This document shows, in pieces, positions 22,462 through 32,190 of a stretch of 64,000 nt of DNA (position 1 is the stretch's first letter; the number at the start of each line of letters is the position of its first letter). A program made the position numbers and the translations under genes. Below the pieces are notes generated by a model. The model saw nothing but the letters and a program-made list of their open reading frames with translations. It was not told where the DNA came from and did not search any database. The stretch comes from Escherichia coli (GTDB lineage Bacteria > Pseudomonadota > Gammaproteobacteria > Enterobacterales > Enterobacteriaceae). The DNA is taken from the NCBI RefSeq assembly GCF_030013595.1, contig NZ_CP122768.1. The stretch is one strand, 5' to 3'.

Positions 22462-22623
22462 TGAATTTTGTGATGCGGTGAATGCGGCTCAGCGCACGCG
22501 GAACAGTTAAAAAGGCCAGTTGACTTCCGTATTGGTTCTTATGGGTGGGTTCTCTGTATCCGGCGTTAATTATTAACTGGTTAACGTCACCTGGAGGCAC
22601 CAGGCACCGCATCACAAAATTCA
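22462..22623. repeat. Perfect 19-bp inverted repeat TGAATTTTGTGATGCGGTG (22462-22480 / 22605-22623) enclosing 124 bp
   Basis: Read directly. The right arm ends 5 nt before the GAGGA RBS of the 22641 gene. The interior contains the palindrome GTTAATTATTAAC and a CCTGG-N5-CCAGG hairpin. Confidence 0.7.
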
Positions 22624-22640
22624 TTGTTGAGGATGCGATA

Positions 22641-22823
22641 ATGGAAACGTTATTACCAAACGTCAATACGTCTGAAGGTTGTTTTGAAATTGGTGTCAGA
22701 ATCAGTAACCCTGTATTTACTGAAGATGCCATTAATAAGAGAAAACACGAACGGGAGCTATTAAATCAAATATGCATTGTTTCAATGCTGGCCCGTTTAC
22801 GCCTGATGCAAAAAGGACGATGA
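22641..22823 (+). CDS. Small early-left protein (60 aa)
   Basis: METLLPNVNTSEGCFEIGVRISNPVFTEDAINKRKHERELLNQICIVSMLARLRLMQKGR. RBS GAGGA. Recalls a conserved lambdoid/Rac-type early ORF, but I cannot name it. Confidence 0.5.
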   Translation: METLLPNVNTSEGCFEIGVRISNPVFTEDAINKRKHERELLNQICIVSMLARLRLMQKGR

Positions 22824-22825
22824 CA

Positions 22826-23029
22826 ATGAATACAGTATTTGCACTCGTTCTGACGGTTTTTCTTAATACAGGCGAGCCAGTCGATCTTGTTATTGGTATA
22901 CATGACTCAATGAAAGAATGCATGGCTGCCGCAGCGGAACAGAAAATTCCCGGCAACTGTTATCCGGTTGATAAAGTTATTCGCATGGACAATAACGAAA
23001 TCCCGGCAGGACTTAAAACAGCACCGTAA
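22826..23029 (+). CDS. DUF1482-like small protein (67 aa)
   Basis: MNTVFALVLTVFLNTGEPVDLVIGIHDSMKECMAAAAEQKIPGNCYPVD. This family sits upstream of ExoVIII-like genes in Rac-type prophages (from memory). Confidence 0.55.
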   Translation: MNTVFALVLTVFLNTGEPVDLVIGIHDSMKECMAAAAEQKIPGNCYPVDKVIRMDNNEIPAGLKTAP

Positions 23030-23109
23030 TTAATATCCGGTTTCATTTTTATATGCCAGCAATGGCAGGGATTTGTTCACCCTTAAATCTGTAATGAGGT
23101 TAAAACAAA

Positions 23110-25581
23110 ATGAGTAAAGTCTTTATTTGCGCCGCCATTCCGGACGAACAGGCAATAAAGGAAGAAGGTGCAGTCGCTGTAGCCACTGCCATTGAAGCCG
23201 GCGACGAACGCCGCGCCCGAGCCAAATTTACCTGGCAATTCCTGGAGCAATATCCGGCTGCTCAGGACTGCGCTTATAAATTTCTTGTTTGCGAGGATAA
23301 ACCCGGCATGCCCCGCCCTGCCATCGACTCCTGGGATACCGAATATATGCAGGAAAACTGCTGGGATGAGGAATCCGCTTCCTTTATTCCGGTCGAACCA
23401 GAATCCGATCCGATGAACGTCAATTTTGACAAGCTGTCCCCTGAAGTACAGAACGCGGTCCTGGTTAAGTTCGACACATGTGAAAACATCACCGTTGATA
23501 TGGTTATTAGCGCACAGGAATTGTTGCAGGAAGACATGGCAACATTCGACGGACATATCGTTGAAGCGTTGATGAAAATGCCAGAAGTTAACGCCATGTA
23601 TCCGGAGCTTAAGTTGCACGCCATTGGGTGGGTTAAGCATAAATGTATTCCTGGTGCTAAATGGCCCGAAATTCAGGCAGAGATGCGCATCTGGAAAAAA
23701 CGTCGCGAAGGTGAACGCAAGGAAACCGGAAAATACACGTCTGTTGTTGATCTCGCCCGCGCCAGAGCCAATCAACAGTACACTGACAATTCAACAGGAA
23801 AAATCAGCCCGGTCATTGCTGCCACTCATCGCGAATACAAGCAGACATGGAAAACACTGGATGACGAACTGGCCTACGCTCTCTGGCCTGGTGATGTGGA
23901 TGCCGGAAACATTGACGGCAGCATCCATCGCTGGGCAAAAAATGAAGTTATCGACAACGACCGCGAAGACTGGAAGCGTATCTCGGCATCAATGCGCAAA
24001 CAGCCTGATGCCCTTCGCTACGACCGCCAGACTATTTTTGGCCTTGTCCGTGAACGTCCGATCGACATTCACAAAGACCCTGTGGCACTGAACAAATACA
24101 TTACTGAATACCTGACTACAAAGGGCGTGTTTGAAGATGAAGGAAGAAATCAGAGCGCAACTGATACTCTCTCGTCGCCAGTACCAGAAACTGATGCAGT
24201 GGAAACGGCAATTCCGGACAACGAAAAAACCGAATGCAAAGTGGAAGTCGAACCATCTGTAGAGCGTGAGGGGCCGTTCTACTTCCTCTTCACCGACAAG
24301 GATGGCGAAAAATATGGTCGCGCAAACAAACTTTCTGGTCTGAATAAGGCGCTGACTGCAGGGGCTACTGAAATCACGAAAGAAGAATATTTTGCCCGTA
24401 AAAACGGTACATACTCAGGTTCACAACAAAATACTGGTGCATCTGACACGACCGCACAACCAGAGCCGGTAAAAGTTACCGCTGACGAAGTAAACAAAAT
24501 TATGCAGGCAGCCAATATCAGCCAGCCTGACGCCGATAAGTTGCTTGCTGTATCACGTGGTGAATTTGTTGCAGGGATTAGCGACCCGAATGATCCGAAA
24601 TGGGTGAAGGGGATTGAAACCCGCGATTCAGTGAATCAGAACCAGCAAGAAACGGAACAGAACGACCAGAAAGCGGAACAAAACAGCCCAAATGCGTTAC
24701 AAAACGAGCCAGAAACGAAACAACCTGAGCCAGTAGCGCAACAGGAAGCGGAAAAAGTCTGCACCGCCTGCGGTCAGACCGGCGGCGGCAACTGCCCTGA
24801 TTGTGGTGCGGTGATGGGCGACGCAACATACCAGGAAACATTCGATGACAAGAACCAGGTTGAAGTTCAGGAAGACGATTCGGAGAAAATGGAAGGCGCT
24901 GAACATCCACACAAAGAGAATGCTGGCAGCGCTCAGGATCACGCCAGCGATAGTGAAACTGGCGAGACGGCAGATCCCTTAATTACGGTGAACGGTCATC
25001 ACGTTATCACATCCACCAGCAGGACGTGTGACCATCTAATGATCGACCTTGAAACCATGGGAAAAAATCCTGATGCCCCGATTATCTCAATAGGTGCAAT
25101 ATTTTTCGATCCGCAAACCGGAGATATGGGACCGGAATTTAGTAAGACTATCGATCTGGAAACTGCTGGCGGAGTCATTGATCGGGACACCATTAAATGG
25201 TGGCTTAAGCAATCACGCGAAGCGCAATCTGCCATTATGACCGATGAAATCCCGTTAGATGATGCACTGTTACAATTGCGGGAATTTATCGACGAAAACT
25301 CCGGTGAATTTTTTGTTCAGGTCTGGGGAAATGGAGCCAACTTCGACAACACGATTTTGCGCCGTTCATACGAACGGCAGGGGATCCCCTGCCCGTGGCG
25401 TTACTACAACGATCGCGATGTACGCACAATCGTTGAGCTGGGGAAAGCCATAGACTTCGATGCCAGAACGGCTATTCCATTCGAAGGTGAGCGCCATAAT
25501 GCACTTGATGACGCCCGTTACCAGGCAAAATACGTTTCAGCAATCTGGCAAAAACTGATCCCGAATCCGGTTGATTTTTAA
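23110..25581 (+). CDS. Exodeoxyribonuclease VIII-like protein with a C-terminal DEDDh 3'-5' exonuclease domain (823 aa)
   Basis: N-terminus MSKVFICAAIPDE... matches the prophage 'exodeoxyribonuclease 8' annotation class as I remember it. Acidic/Gln-rich linker. Zinc ribbon CTACGQTGGGNCPDCG. C-terminal DLET...NGANFD...H..LDDA exonuclease motifs. Confidence 0.75.
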   Translation: MSKVFICAAIPDEQAIKEEGAVAVATAIEAGDERRARAKFTWQFLEQYPAAQDCAYKFLVCEDKPGMPRPAIDSWDTEYMQENCWDEESASFIPVEPESDPMNVNFDKLSPEVQNAVLVKFDTCENITVDMVISAQELLQEDMATFDGHIVEALMKMPEVNAMYPELKLHAIGWVKHKCIPGAKWPEIQAEMRIWKKRREGERKETGKYTSVVDLARARANQQYTDNSTGKISPVIAATHREYKQTWKTLDDELAYALWPGDVDAGNIDGSIHRWAKNEVIDNDREDWKRISASMRKQPDALRYDRQTIFGLVRERPIDIHKDPVALNKYITEYLTTKGVFEDEGRNQSATDTLSSPVPETDAVETAIPDNEKTECKVEVEPSVEREGPFYFLFTDKDGEKYGRANKLSGLNKALTAGATEITKEEYFARKNGTYSGSQQNTGASDTTAQPEPVKVTADEVNKIMQAANISQPDADKLLAVSRGEFVAGISDPNDPKWVKGIETRDSVNQNQQETEQNDQKAEQNSPNALQNEPETKQPEPVAQQEAEKVCTACGQTGGGNCPDCGAVMGDATYQETFDDKNQVEVQEDDSEKMEGAEHPHKENAGSAQDHASDSETGETADPLITVNGHHVITSTSRTCDHLMIDLETMGKNPDAPIISIGAIFFDPQTGDMGPEFSKTIDLETAGGVIDRDTIKWWLKQSREAQSAIMTDEIPLDDALLQLREFIDENSGEFFVQVWGNGANFDNTILRRSYERQGIPCPWRYYNDRDVRTIVELGKAIDFDARTAIPFEGERHNALDDARYQAKYVSAIWQKLIPNPVDF

Positions 25582-25647
25582 TGTTCAACCCTGATCGCCG
25601 TCCCCGAATTATATTGGCGGCGGTCATGCTGTAAGGCACGTGACCAC

Positions 25648-25899
25648 ATGTACGAATTAACTCTATCGCCAGCAGAGATTCAAGAGATCACGAAATACGA
25701 GCGATACACAAAACAGCAACACCAGTTAAGGCTGCACGGTATCCCATTTGTAATCGGTCCTAAAAACGAACCAATAGTTCTTCGCAGGGATATTCCACAC
25801 GGACTGACTACGATGCCAAAAGCACCTGAACTGGTTTCCGCTGAACCCGATTTTGAGGCGCTGAACAATGGGAAGACCAAGAAAAAACAAAAAAGATAA
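25648..25899 (+). CDS. xis: Excisionase-like protein (83 aa)
   Basis: Small basic protein immediately upstream of int and overlapping it by 32 nt. The call is positional. Confidence 0.55.
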   Translation: MYELTLSPAEIQEITKYERYTKQQHQLRLHGIPFVIGPKNEPIVLRRDIPHGLTTMPKAPELVSAEPDFEALNNGKTKKKQKR

Positions 25900-26887
25900 T
25901 GCACTACCACCGCGTGTTAGATCGAATGGTTACAGTTACGTATGGAAACCCGAAGGAAGCACAAGAACTATAGGGCTCGGAAGAGTGCGGGAAACCAGCG
26001 TAGCTAAAGTCTGGCAAAATTATGAGCTGGAAAAAGCAAAACTCCACAACATAATGACAGTAGCTAAATTATGGCACATGTTTATGGACTCCCCTGCATT
26101 TACAGAACTGGCCCCCCGAACCCAAAAAGATTATCGGCAACATCAAAGGGCATTGTTGGCAGTATTCGGAAAAGTGCTTGCTGATAATGTAAAAATTGAA
26201 CAGGTAAGAATTTTCATGGATAAGCGAGGACTTGAGAGCAAGACCCAAGCAAACCATGAACTGGCAAGTCTGAGCCGTGTATACGGATGGGGATATGAGC
26301 GTGGGTATGTGAAAAATAATCCATGCAAAGGAGTCAGAAAATTCACACTTAAAGCCCGTACTGTTTACATCACCGATGAACAGTATGCTGCAATATATGC
26401 GGAAGCAATTCCACAGTTACGTATTGCAATGGAGATATCCTATCTTTGTGCGGCAAGGCTCGGTGATGTACTCGAGCTGAAATGGCAGGATATTATGGAG
26501 AAAGGGATTTACATTGAGCAAAACAAGACCGGCACTAAACAAATCAAGGAATGGTCTCCGCGATTACGTACGGCGATCCAGTTAGCCCGAAATGTATCTT
26601 CCGGCACATGCGAGTATGTGATCAACACAACCAAAGGCGGGAAGGTAATAGCCAAGACGCTGAACAACTGGTGGAATCAGGCTAAACGTGCAGCCGAGCA
26701 AAAAGCCGGCGTTCCGTTTGGGTGCAACTTCCATGACATAAAAGCCAAAGGGATTTCAGATTACGAAGGCAGCAGTCGCGACAAACAAATTTTCAGTGGA
26801 CACAAAACAGAAAATCAGGTGTTGATTTACGATCGTAAAACCAAAATAACACCAACACTGGATTTGCCGCTTGTGGTCAGTAAGTAG
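25868..26887 (+). CDS. int: Tyrosine-recombinase integrase (339 aa)
   Basis: Catalytic-domain landmarks ...CAARLGDVLELKW..., ...FHDIKAKG..., ...SGHKTENQVLIYDR. Its 3' end is 140 bp from the tRNA att fragment. Confidence 0.9.
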   Translation: MGRPRKNKKDNALPPRVRSNGYSYVWKPEGSTRTIGLGRVRETSVAKVWQNYELEKAKLHNIMTVAKLWHMFMDSPAFTELAPRTQKDYRQHQRALLAVFGKVLADNVKIEQVRIFMDKRGLESKTQANHELASLSRVYGWGYERGYVKNNPCKGVRKFTLKARTVYITDEQYAAIYAEAIPQLRIAMEISYLCAARLGDVLELKWQDIMEKGIYIEQNKTGTKQIKEWSPRLRTAIQLARNVSSGTCEYVINTTKGGKVIAKTLNNWWNQAKRAAEQKAGVPFGCNFHDIKAKGISDYEGSSRDKQIFSGHKTENQVLIYDRKTKITPTLDLPLVVSK

Positions 26888-26953
26888 GCAATACAGAAAA
26901 TTTTCTGGCAAAAAGACTTGGTATATTAACTCTGAATAACTCCCTAATATATT

Positions 26954-27029
26954 GATTTTTCTTGGTGTCAAGTCTGATTAACTTTTCGGATATTTTCCGT
27001 ATTATACTGATTTTTCTTTATTTTTCTTC
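26954..27029 (+). repeat. Three direct copies of (G)ATTTTTCTT between int and the att core; possible integrase arm-type sites
   Basis: GATTTTTCTT at 26954-26963 and 27009-27018; ATTTTTCTTC at 27020-27029. Confidence 0.3.
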
Positions 27030-27088
27030 GGTCTTGAAAACCGGCGACCCGAAAGGGTTCCAGAGTTCGAATCTCTGCGCTTCCGCCA
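27029..27088 (+). tRNA. serT: 3'-terminal 60 nt of tRNA-Ser(UGA) serT (anticodon loop to CCA). This is the att core at the prophage right junction and is not a complete gene.
   Basis: cggtcttgaaaaccggcgacccgaaagggttccagagttcgaatctctgcgcttccgcca matches serT from the anticodon stem onward (from memory). The 5' acceptor/D-arm portion is replaced by AT-rich phage DNA. Confidence 0.85.
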
Positions 27089-27098
27089 AATAAGATAA

Positions 27099-27130
27099 GG
27101 GGTTAGCTAAATGCTACCCCCTTTTTCTTT
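27099..27130 (+). terminator. serT terminator
   Basis: Stem GGGGT(T)AGC/GCTACCCC followed by TTTTTCTTTT. Confidence 0.7.
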
Positions 27131-27294
27131 TGCCTGTCGAAATTCTCAGGGCGTTATATTTGCTTAATGACCTGATAATCCGCTGTTAAACCTGTTCCAG
27201 ATCAAATGCGTAAAGATGGGTAAAACTTCTGGGTGCCCTTACGCATTATCATTATGCTGCTTAATTAATTACATCTGTCATAGAGAGTGACTCA

Positions 27295-27954
27295 ATGGAT
27301 CGTATTGTTAGTTCTTCACATGACCGTACATCGCTGCTTAGCACCCATAAGGTGCTGCGTAATACCTATTTTCTGCTGAGCCTGACGCTGGCCTTTTCTG
27401 CGATTACCGCAACTGCCAGTACGGTGCTGATGCTGCCATCTCCGGGTCTGATTCTGACGCTGGTGGGTATGTATGGTTTGATGTTCCTGACCTATAAAAC
27501 GGCGAATAAGCCGACCGGGATTATCTCCGCATTCGCCTTTACCGGTTTTCTGGGTTATATCCTCGGACCAATTCTGAATACCTATCTGTCTGCCGGAATG
27601 GGTGACGTAATCGCTATGGCACTGGGCGGAACGGCGTTAGTGTTCTTCTGCTGCTCTGCATATGTGCTGACCACCCGCAAAGATATGTCGTTCCTCGGCG
27701 GTATGCTGATGGCGGGTATTGTGGTGGTGCTGATTGGTATGGTTGCTAATATCTTCCTGCAACTGCCTGCTCTGCATCTGGCGATCAGCGCGGTCTTCAT
27801 TCTGATCTCCTCTGGCGCTATTTTGTTTGAAACCAGCAACATCATTCATGGCGGTGAAACGAACTATATTCGTGCCACGGTTAGCCTGTATGTTTCGCTG
27901 TACAACATCTTCGTCAGCCTGCTGAGCATTCTGGGCTTCGCCAGCCGCGATTAA
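27295..27954 (+). CDS. yccA: YccA, BI-1-family inner membrane protein / FtsH modulator (219 aa)
   Basis: [30 protein letters not shown]..., multi-TM. Lies 207 bp after serT, as in K-12. Confidence 0.95.
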   Translation: MDRIVSSSHDRTSLLSTHKVLRNTYFLLSLTLAFSAITATASTVLMLPSPGLILTLVGMYGLMFLTYKTANKPTGIISAFAFTGFLGYILGPILNTYLSAGMGDVIAMALGGTALVFFCCSAYVLTTRKDMSFLGGMLMAGIVVVLIGMVANIFLQLPALHLAISAVFILISSGAILFETSNIIHGGETNYIRATVSLYVSLYNIFVSLLSILGFASRD

Positions 27955-28044
27955 TCTCGCCCAGGGTTACTTACCGAGCCTCGCTTTATGCGGGGCTTTG
28001 TTTTTTGTTACACTGCCGCCAGTCTGATTAAGGTAGTAATAATT

Positions 28045-28374
28045 ATGCTGATCTTCGAAGGTAAAGAGATAGAAACGGATACCGAAGGCTATCTCAAAGA
28101 AAGCAGCCAGTGGAGTGAGCCGCTGGCGGTGGTGATTGCAGAGAACGAAGGGATTACGCTGTCGCCAGAACACTGGGAAGTGGTGCGTTTTGTGCGTGAT
28201 TTCTATCTGGAATTCAATACTTCTCCGGCGATTCGTATGCTGGTAAAAGCGATGGCGAATAAATTTGGCGAAGAAAAAGGTAACAGCCGCTATTTATACC
28301 GACTGTTTCCGAAAGGTCCGGCTAAGCAAGCCACCAAAATTGCTGGCCTGCCAAAACCGGTAAAATGTATTTAA
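28045..28374 (+). CDS. tusE: Sulfurtransferase TusE (109 aa)
   Basis: [23 protein letters not shown]...KPVKCI. The upstream in-frame extension in the ORF track is rejected. Confidence 0.9.
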   Translation: MLIFEGKEIETDTEGYLKESSQWSEPLAVVIAENEGITLSPEHWEVVRFVRDFYLEFNTSPAIRMLVKAMANKFGEEKGNSRYLYRLFPKGPAKQATKIAGLPKPVKCI

Positions 28375-28649
28375 CGGATACGAAAATCGGTTAATTCCCC
28401 CGAGGGATGATGCGGCTCGCTGAGCACCCGTTCTACACGCGCAGAACGCGGGCCGCCACTCTTTAACCACTGCATTAATTTTTCTACCTGCCCTTCTTCA
28501 CCGCAGGCAACCACTTCCACGCTGCCATCGTCAAGATTTTTGGCGTACCCGGCTAATCCCAGTTTTTTCGCTTCGTACTGCGTGGTATAGCGAAATCCAA
28601 CGCCCTGAACTCGCCCGTAAACCCAGGCAATTATGCAGACTTTCGACAT
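28371..28649 (-). CDS. yccX: Acylphosphatase (92 aa)
   Basis: [23 protein letters not shown]... is the acylphosphatase signature. Start at ATG 28649. Confidence 0.9.
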   Translation of the reverse strand: MSKVCIIAWVYGRVQGVGFRYTTQYEAKKLGLAGYAKNLDDGSVEVVACGEEGQVEKLMQWLKSGGPRSARVERVLSEPHHPSGELTDFRIR

Positions 28650-28743
28650 TGCTGCTCTCCTTATCCTTAATGGACGCGTTGCAAATCCATGGAAAACTCC
28701 GGACAATGACGCCCATTTCTTTGCATCGACAGAAAAGTAAATT

Positions 28744-29934
28744 ATGAGTGTACGTTTAGTGTTAGCCAAAGGGCGCGAAAAATCATTACTTCGTCGCCAT
28801 CCGTGGATCTTTTCCGGGGCCGTTGCCCGCATGGAAGGTAAAGCCAGCCTCGGTGAAACCATCGATATTGTTGATCATCAGGGAAAATGGTTAGCACGCG
28901 GCGCTTATTCGCCAGCTTCGCAAATCCGGGCGCGCGTCTGGACGTTTGACCCGAATGAATCTATCGACATTGCTTTTTTTTCCCGCCGTTTGCAACAAGC
29001 ACAAAAATGGCGTGACTGGCTGGCGCAAAAAGATGGCCTCGACAGTTATCGTTTAATCGCCGGAGAATCTGATGGCCTGCCGGGTATTACTATCGATCGT
29101 TTCGGTAATTTTCTGGTGCTGCAACTACTGAGTGCTGGCGCAGAATATCAGCGCGCGGCATTAATTAGCGCCCTGCAAACGCTGTACCCGGAATGTGCGA
29201 TTTACGATCGCAGCGATGTTGCGGTACGTAAAAAAGAAGGGATGGAGCTGACCCAGGGCCCCGTCACCGGCGAGTTGCCGCCTGCCCTGCTGCCGATTGA
29301 AGAACACGGCATGAAGCTGCTGGTGGATATTCAACACGGACACAAAACGGGCTACTACTTGGATCAGCGTGATAGCCGCCTGGCTACCCGCCGCTACGTT
29401 GAAAATAAACGCGTACTGAACTGTTTCTCCTATACCGGTGGTTTCGCCGTATCGGCACTGATGGGCGGTTGCAGCCAGGTTGTCAGCGTTGATACCTCCC
29501 AGGAAGCCCTGGATATTGCACGGCAGAACGTTGAGCTGAACAAACTGGATCTGAGCAAGGCTGAGTTTGTCCGTGATGATGTCTTTAAATTGCTGCGTAC
29601 CTATCGCGATCGCGGTGAAAAATTTGACGTTATCGTGATGGACCCGCCGAAGTTTGTTGAGAATAAAAGCCAGTTGATGGGCGCGTGTCGTGGTTATAAA
29701 GACATCAACATGCTGGCGATTCAGTTGCTGAATGAAGGCGGTATTCTCCTGACTTTCTCCTGTTCCGGTCTGATGACCAGCGATTTATTTCAGAAAATCA
29801 TCGCGGATGCCGCAATTGATGCCGGTCGTGATGTACAATTTATAGAGCAGTTCCGTCAGGCAGCCGATCATCCGGTGATCGCTACCTATCCGGAAGGGCT
29901 ATATCTGAAAGGGTTTGCCTGTCGCGTCATGTAA
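28744..29934 (+). CDS. rlmI: 23S rRNA m5C1962 methyltransferase RlmI (396 aa)
   Basis: [27 protein letters not shown]...; K-12 synteny. Confidence 0.95.
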   Translation: MSVRLVLAKGREKSLLRRHPWIFSGAVARMEGKASLGETIDIVDHQGKWLARGAYSPASQIRARVWTFDPNESIDIAFFSRRLQQAQKWRDWLAQKDGLDSYRLIAGESDGLPGITIDRFGNFLVLQLLSAGAEYQRAALISALQTLYPECAIYDRSDVAVRKKEGMELTQGPVTGELPPALLPIEEHGMKLLVDIQHGHKTGYYLDQRDSRLATRRYVENKRVLNCFSYTGGFAVSALMGGCSQVVSVDTSQEALDIARQNVELNKLDLSKAEFVRDDVFKLLRTYRDRGEKFDVIVMDPPKFVENKSQLMGACRGYKDINMLAIQLLNEGGILLTFSCSGLMTSDLFQKIIADAAIDAGRDVQFIEQFRQAADHPVIATYPEGLYLKGFACRVM

Positions 29935-30309
<375 letters not shown>

Positions 30310-30320
30310 TCCCTGAACAA

Positions 30321-30355
30321 ATCCCCGGAAGGTTTTTGCCTTCCGGGGATTTTTT
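30321..30355. terminator. Bidirectional terminator between hspQ and yccU
   Basis: ATCCCCGGAAGG-tttttg-CCTTCCGGGGAT followed by TTTTT. Confidence 0.7.
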
Positions 30356-30767
30356 ATTTGGCCAGGCCCAGGCGAGGGATCTCAATAGCCGGGCAGCGAT
30401 CCATCACTACATTTAACCCGGCATCCCGTGCCAGTACTGCCGCTTGCTCATTAATCACCCCCAGTTGCATCCAGAGGGTTTTCGCGCCAATGGCAATAGC
30501 TTCCTGCGCTACGCCCCACGCCGCTTCTGAATTCCGGAAAACATCGACCATATCGACTTTTTCAGGAACTTCTGCCAGCGTGCCATACCCCTGCTGGCCC
30601 AGCAGTGTTTTGCCGGCAACTTTTGGCGAAACCGGAATGACGTGATACCCCTGGTCGAGTAGATATTTCATCACACGATAGCTGGGACGATCGGGTTTGT
30701 CGCTTGCCCCCACCAGCGCAATGGTGTGAGTGGACGTTAAAATGCCTGCAATATCGGTTTCTTTCAT
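30354..30767 (-). CDS. yccU: CoA-binding protein YccU (137 aa)
   Basis: [33 protein letters not shown]... Confidence 0.9.
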   Translation of the reverse strand: MKETDIAGILTSTHTIALVGASDKPDRPSYRVMKYLLDQGYHVIPVSPKVAGKTLLGQQGYGTLAEVPEKVDMVDVFRNSEAAWGVAQEAIAIGAKTLWMQLGVINEQAAVLARDAGLNVVMDRCPAIEIPRLGLAK

Positions 30768-30939
30768 TATTTCCTCCAGACTGTTTAACAAAGTGTACGA
30801 CAAAGCCGACATGCCAACCATGCAGCTAATACGAATGAATGAGAGCAAAAGCGGGAAATATGTCTATATGTTAGTAAGTATGATTAAAGAAAAATTTTGA
30901 CACATTATTATTCGGGCGGTCTTTTGACAGGAGCTACCT

Positions 30940-31602
30940 ATGAAAACCGGCATCGTGACCACCTTGATTGCATTATGTTTGCCGGTATCCGTTTTTGCCA
31001 CCACGCTGCGGCTTTCAACCGATGTCGATCTTCTGGTACTCGACGGCAAGAAGGTTTCCAGCTCTCTGCTGCGCGGTGCGGACAGCATTGAACTGGATAA
31101 CGGACCGCATCAGTTAGTGTTTCGCGTTGAGAAGACGATTCATCTTTCCAATAGTGAAGAACGGCTGTATATCTCCCCACCGCTGGTGGTCAGTTTTAAT
31201 ACCCAGCTCATCAACCAGGTCAATTTTCGCCTGCCTCGCCTGGAGAATGAGCGGGAAGCTAACCATTTTGATGCCGCGCCGCGCCTTGAATTGTTGGATG
31301 GCGATGCGACGCCGATTCCGGTAAAGCTGGATATTCTCGCCATTACCTCAACGGCAAAAACGATTGATTATGAGGTCGAGGTTGAACGCTATAACAAATC
31401 CGCGAAACGCGCTTCACTACCGCAATTTGCCACGATGATGGCAGATGACAGTACGCTGCTTTCGGGTGTTTCCGAGCTGGATGCTATTCCACCGCAGTCT
31501 CAGGTGCTCACAGAACAACGGCTGAAGTATTGGTTTAAACTGGCTGACCCACAAACGCGAAATACTTTTCTGCAATGGGCGGAAAAACAACCATCTTCCT
31601 GA
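30940..31602 (+). CDS. yccT: Periplasmic protein YccT (220 aa)
   Basis: Signal peptide [20 protein letters not shown]; K-12 synteny. Confidence 0.9.
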
Positions 31603-31698
31603 GATTTTTGTGCCTGTGCGCAGGCTTTTTCGGTCTTTATCTTGCAGCGATAAGTGCTTACAGTAATCTGTAGGAAAGTTAACTACGGATGTAACATT

Positions 31699-32157
31699 AT
31701 GGAACTGACGACACGCACTTTACCTGCGCGGAAACATATTGCGCTGGTGGCACACGATCACTGCAAACAAATGCTGATGAGCTGGGTGGAACGACATCAA
31801 CCGTTACTGGAACAACACGTACTGTATGCAACAGGCACTACCGGTAACTTGATTTCCCGTGCAACCGGCATGAACGTCAACGCGATGTTGAGTGGCCCAA
31901 TGGGGGGTGACCAGCAGGTTGGCGCATTGATCTCAGAAGGGAAAATTGATGTATTGATTTTCTTCTGGGACCCACTAAATGCCGTTCCGCACGATCCTGA
32001 CGTGAAAGCCTTGCTGCGTCTGGCGACGGTATGGAACATTCCGGTTGCCACCAACGTGGCAACGGCAGACTTCATTATCCAGTCGCCGCATTTCAACGAC
32101 GCGGTCGATATTCTGATCCCCGATTATCAGCGTTATCTCGCGGACCGTCTGAAGTAA
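31699..32157 (+). CDS. mgsA: Methylglyoxal synthase (152 aa)
   Basis: [24 protein letters not shown]... Confidence 0.95.
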
Positions 32158-32163
32158 TATTGC

Positions 32164-32190
32164 ACAGGTGGCAAACGCCACCTGTTTCTT
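32164..32190. terminator. Bidirectional terminator between mgsA and helD
   Basis: ACAGGTGGC-aaac-GCCACCTGT followed by TTTCTT. Confidence 0.65.

Larger units (their letters stand above)
1..27028. mobile_element. Prophage DNA block ending at a truncated tRNA-Ser att site. It combines a P2-like late-gene end (1-4307) with a lambdoid early/lysis region that has Rac-like immunity (about 4900-27028).
   Basis: Continuous run of phage-type genes: gpD, ogr, holins, endolysin, Q-like, RusA, O/P-like, cro/repressor, exonuclease, xis, int. Integrase sits next to a 60-nt tRNA-Ser 3' fragment at 27029-27088. Core K-12 synteny resumes immediately after. The left boundary is outside the window. Confidence 0.85.

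Noticed and set aside
22201-22640. Retron-like msr/msd interpretation of the inverted repeats and hairpins
   Set aside because: No reverse-transcriptase ORF exists anywhere nearby on either strand. The neighbouring ORFs are 60-143 aa, and the inverted-repeat geometry alone is not diagnostic. I kept it as an unexplained structure instead.
22403-22732. 109-aa minus-strand ORF spanning the terminator, the 19-bp inverted repeat and the start of the 22641 gene
   Set aside because: It crosses several strong secondary-structure elements and the RBS and start of an opposing gene, and has no start context. It is probably spurious.
23083-23775. 230-aa minus-strand ORF inside the exonuclease gene
   Set aside because: It lies entirely antisense to a well-supported 823-aa CDS. 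Its composition is low-complexity and shadow-frame-like, with no RBS or promoter context. I treat it as a shadow ORF.
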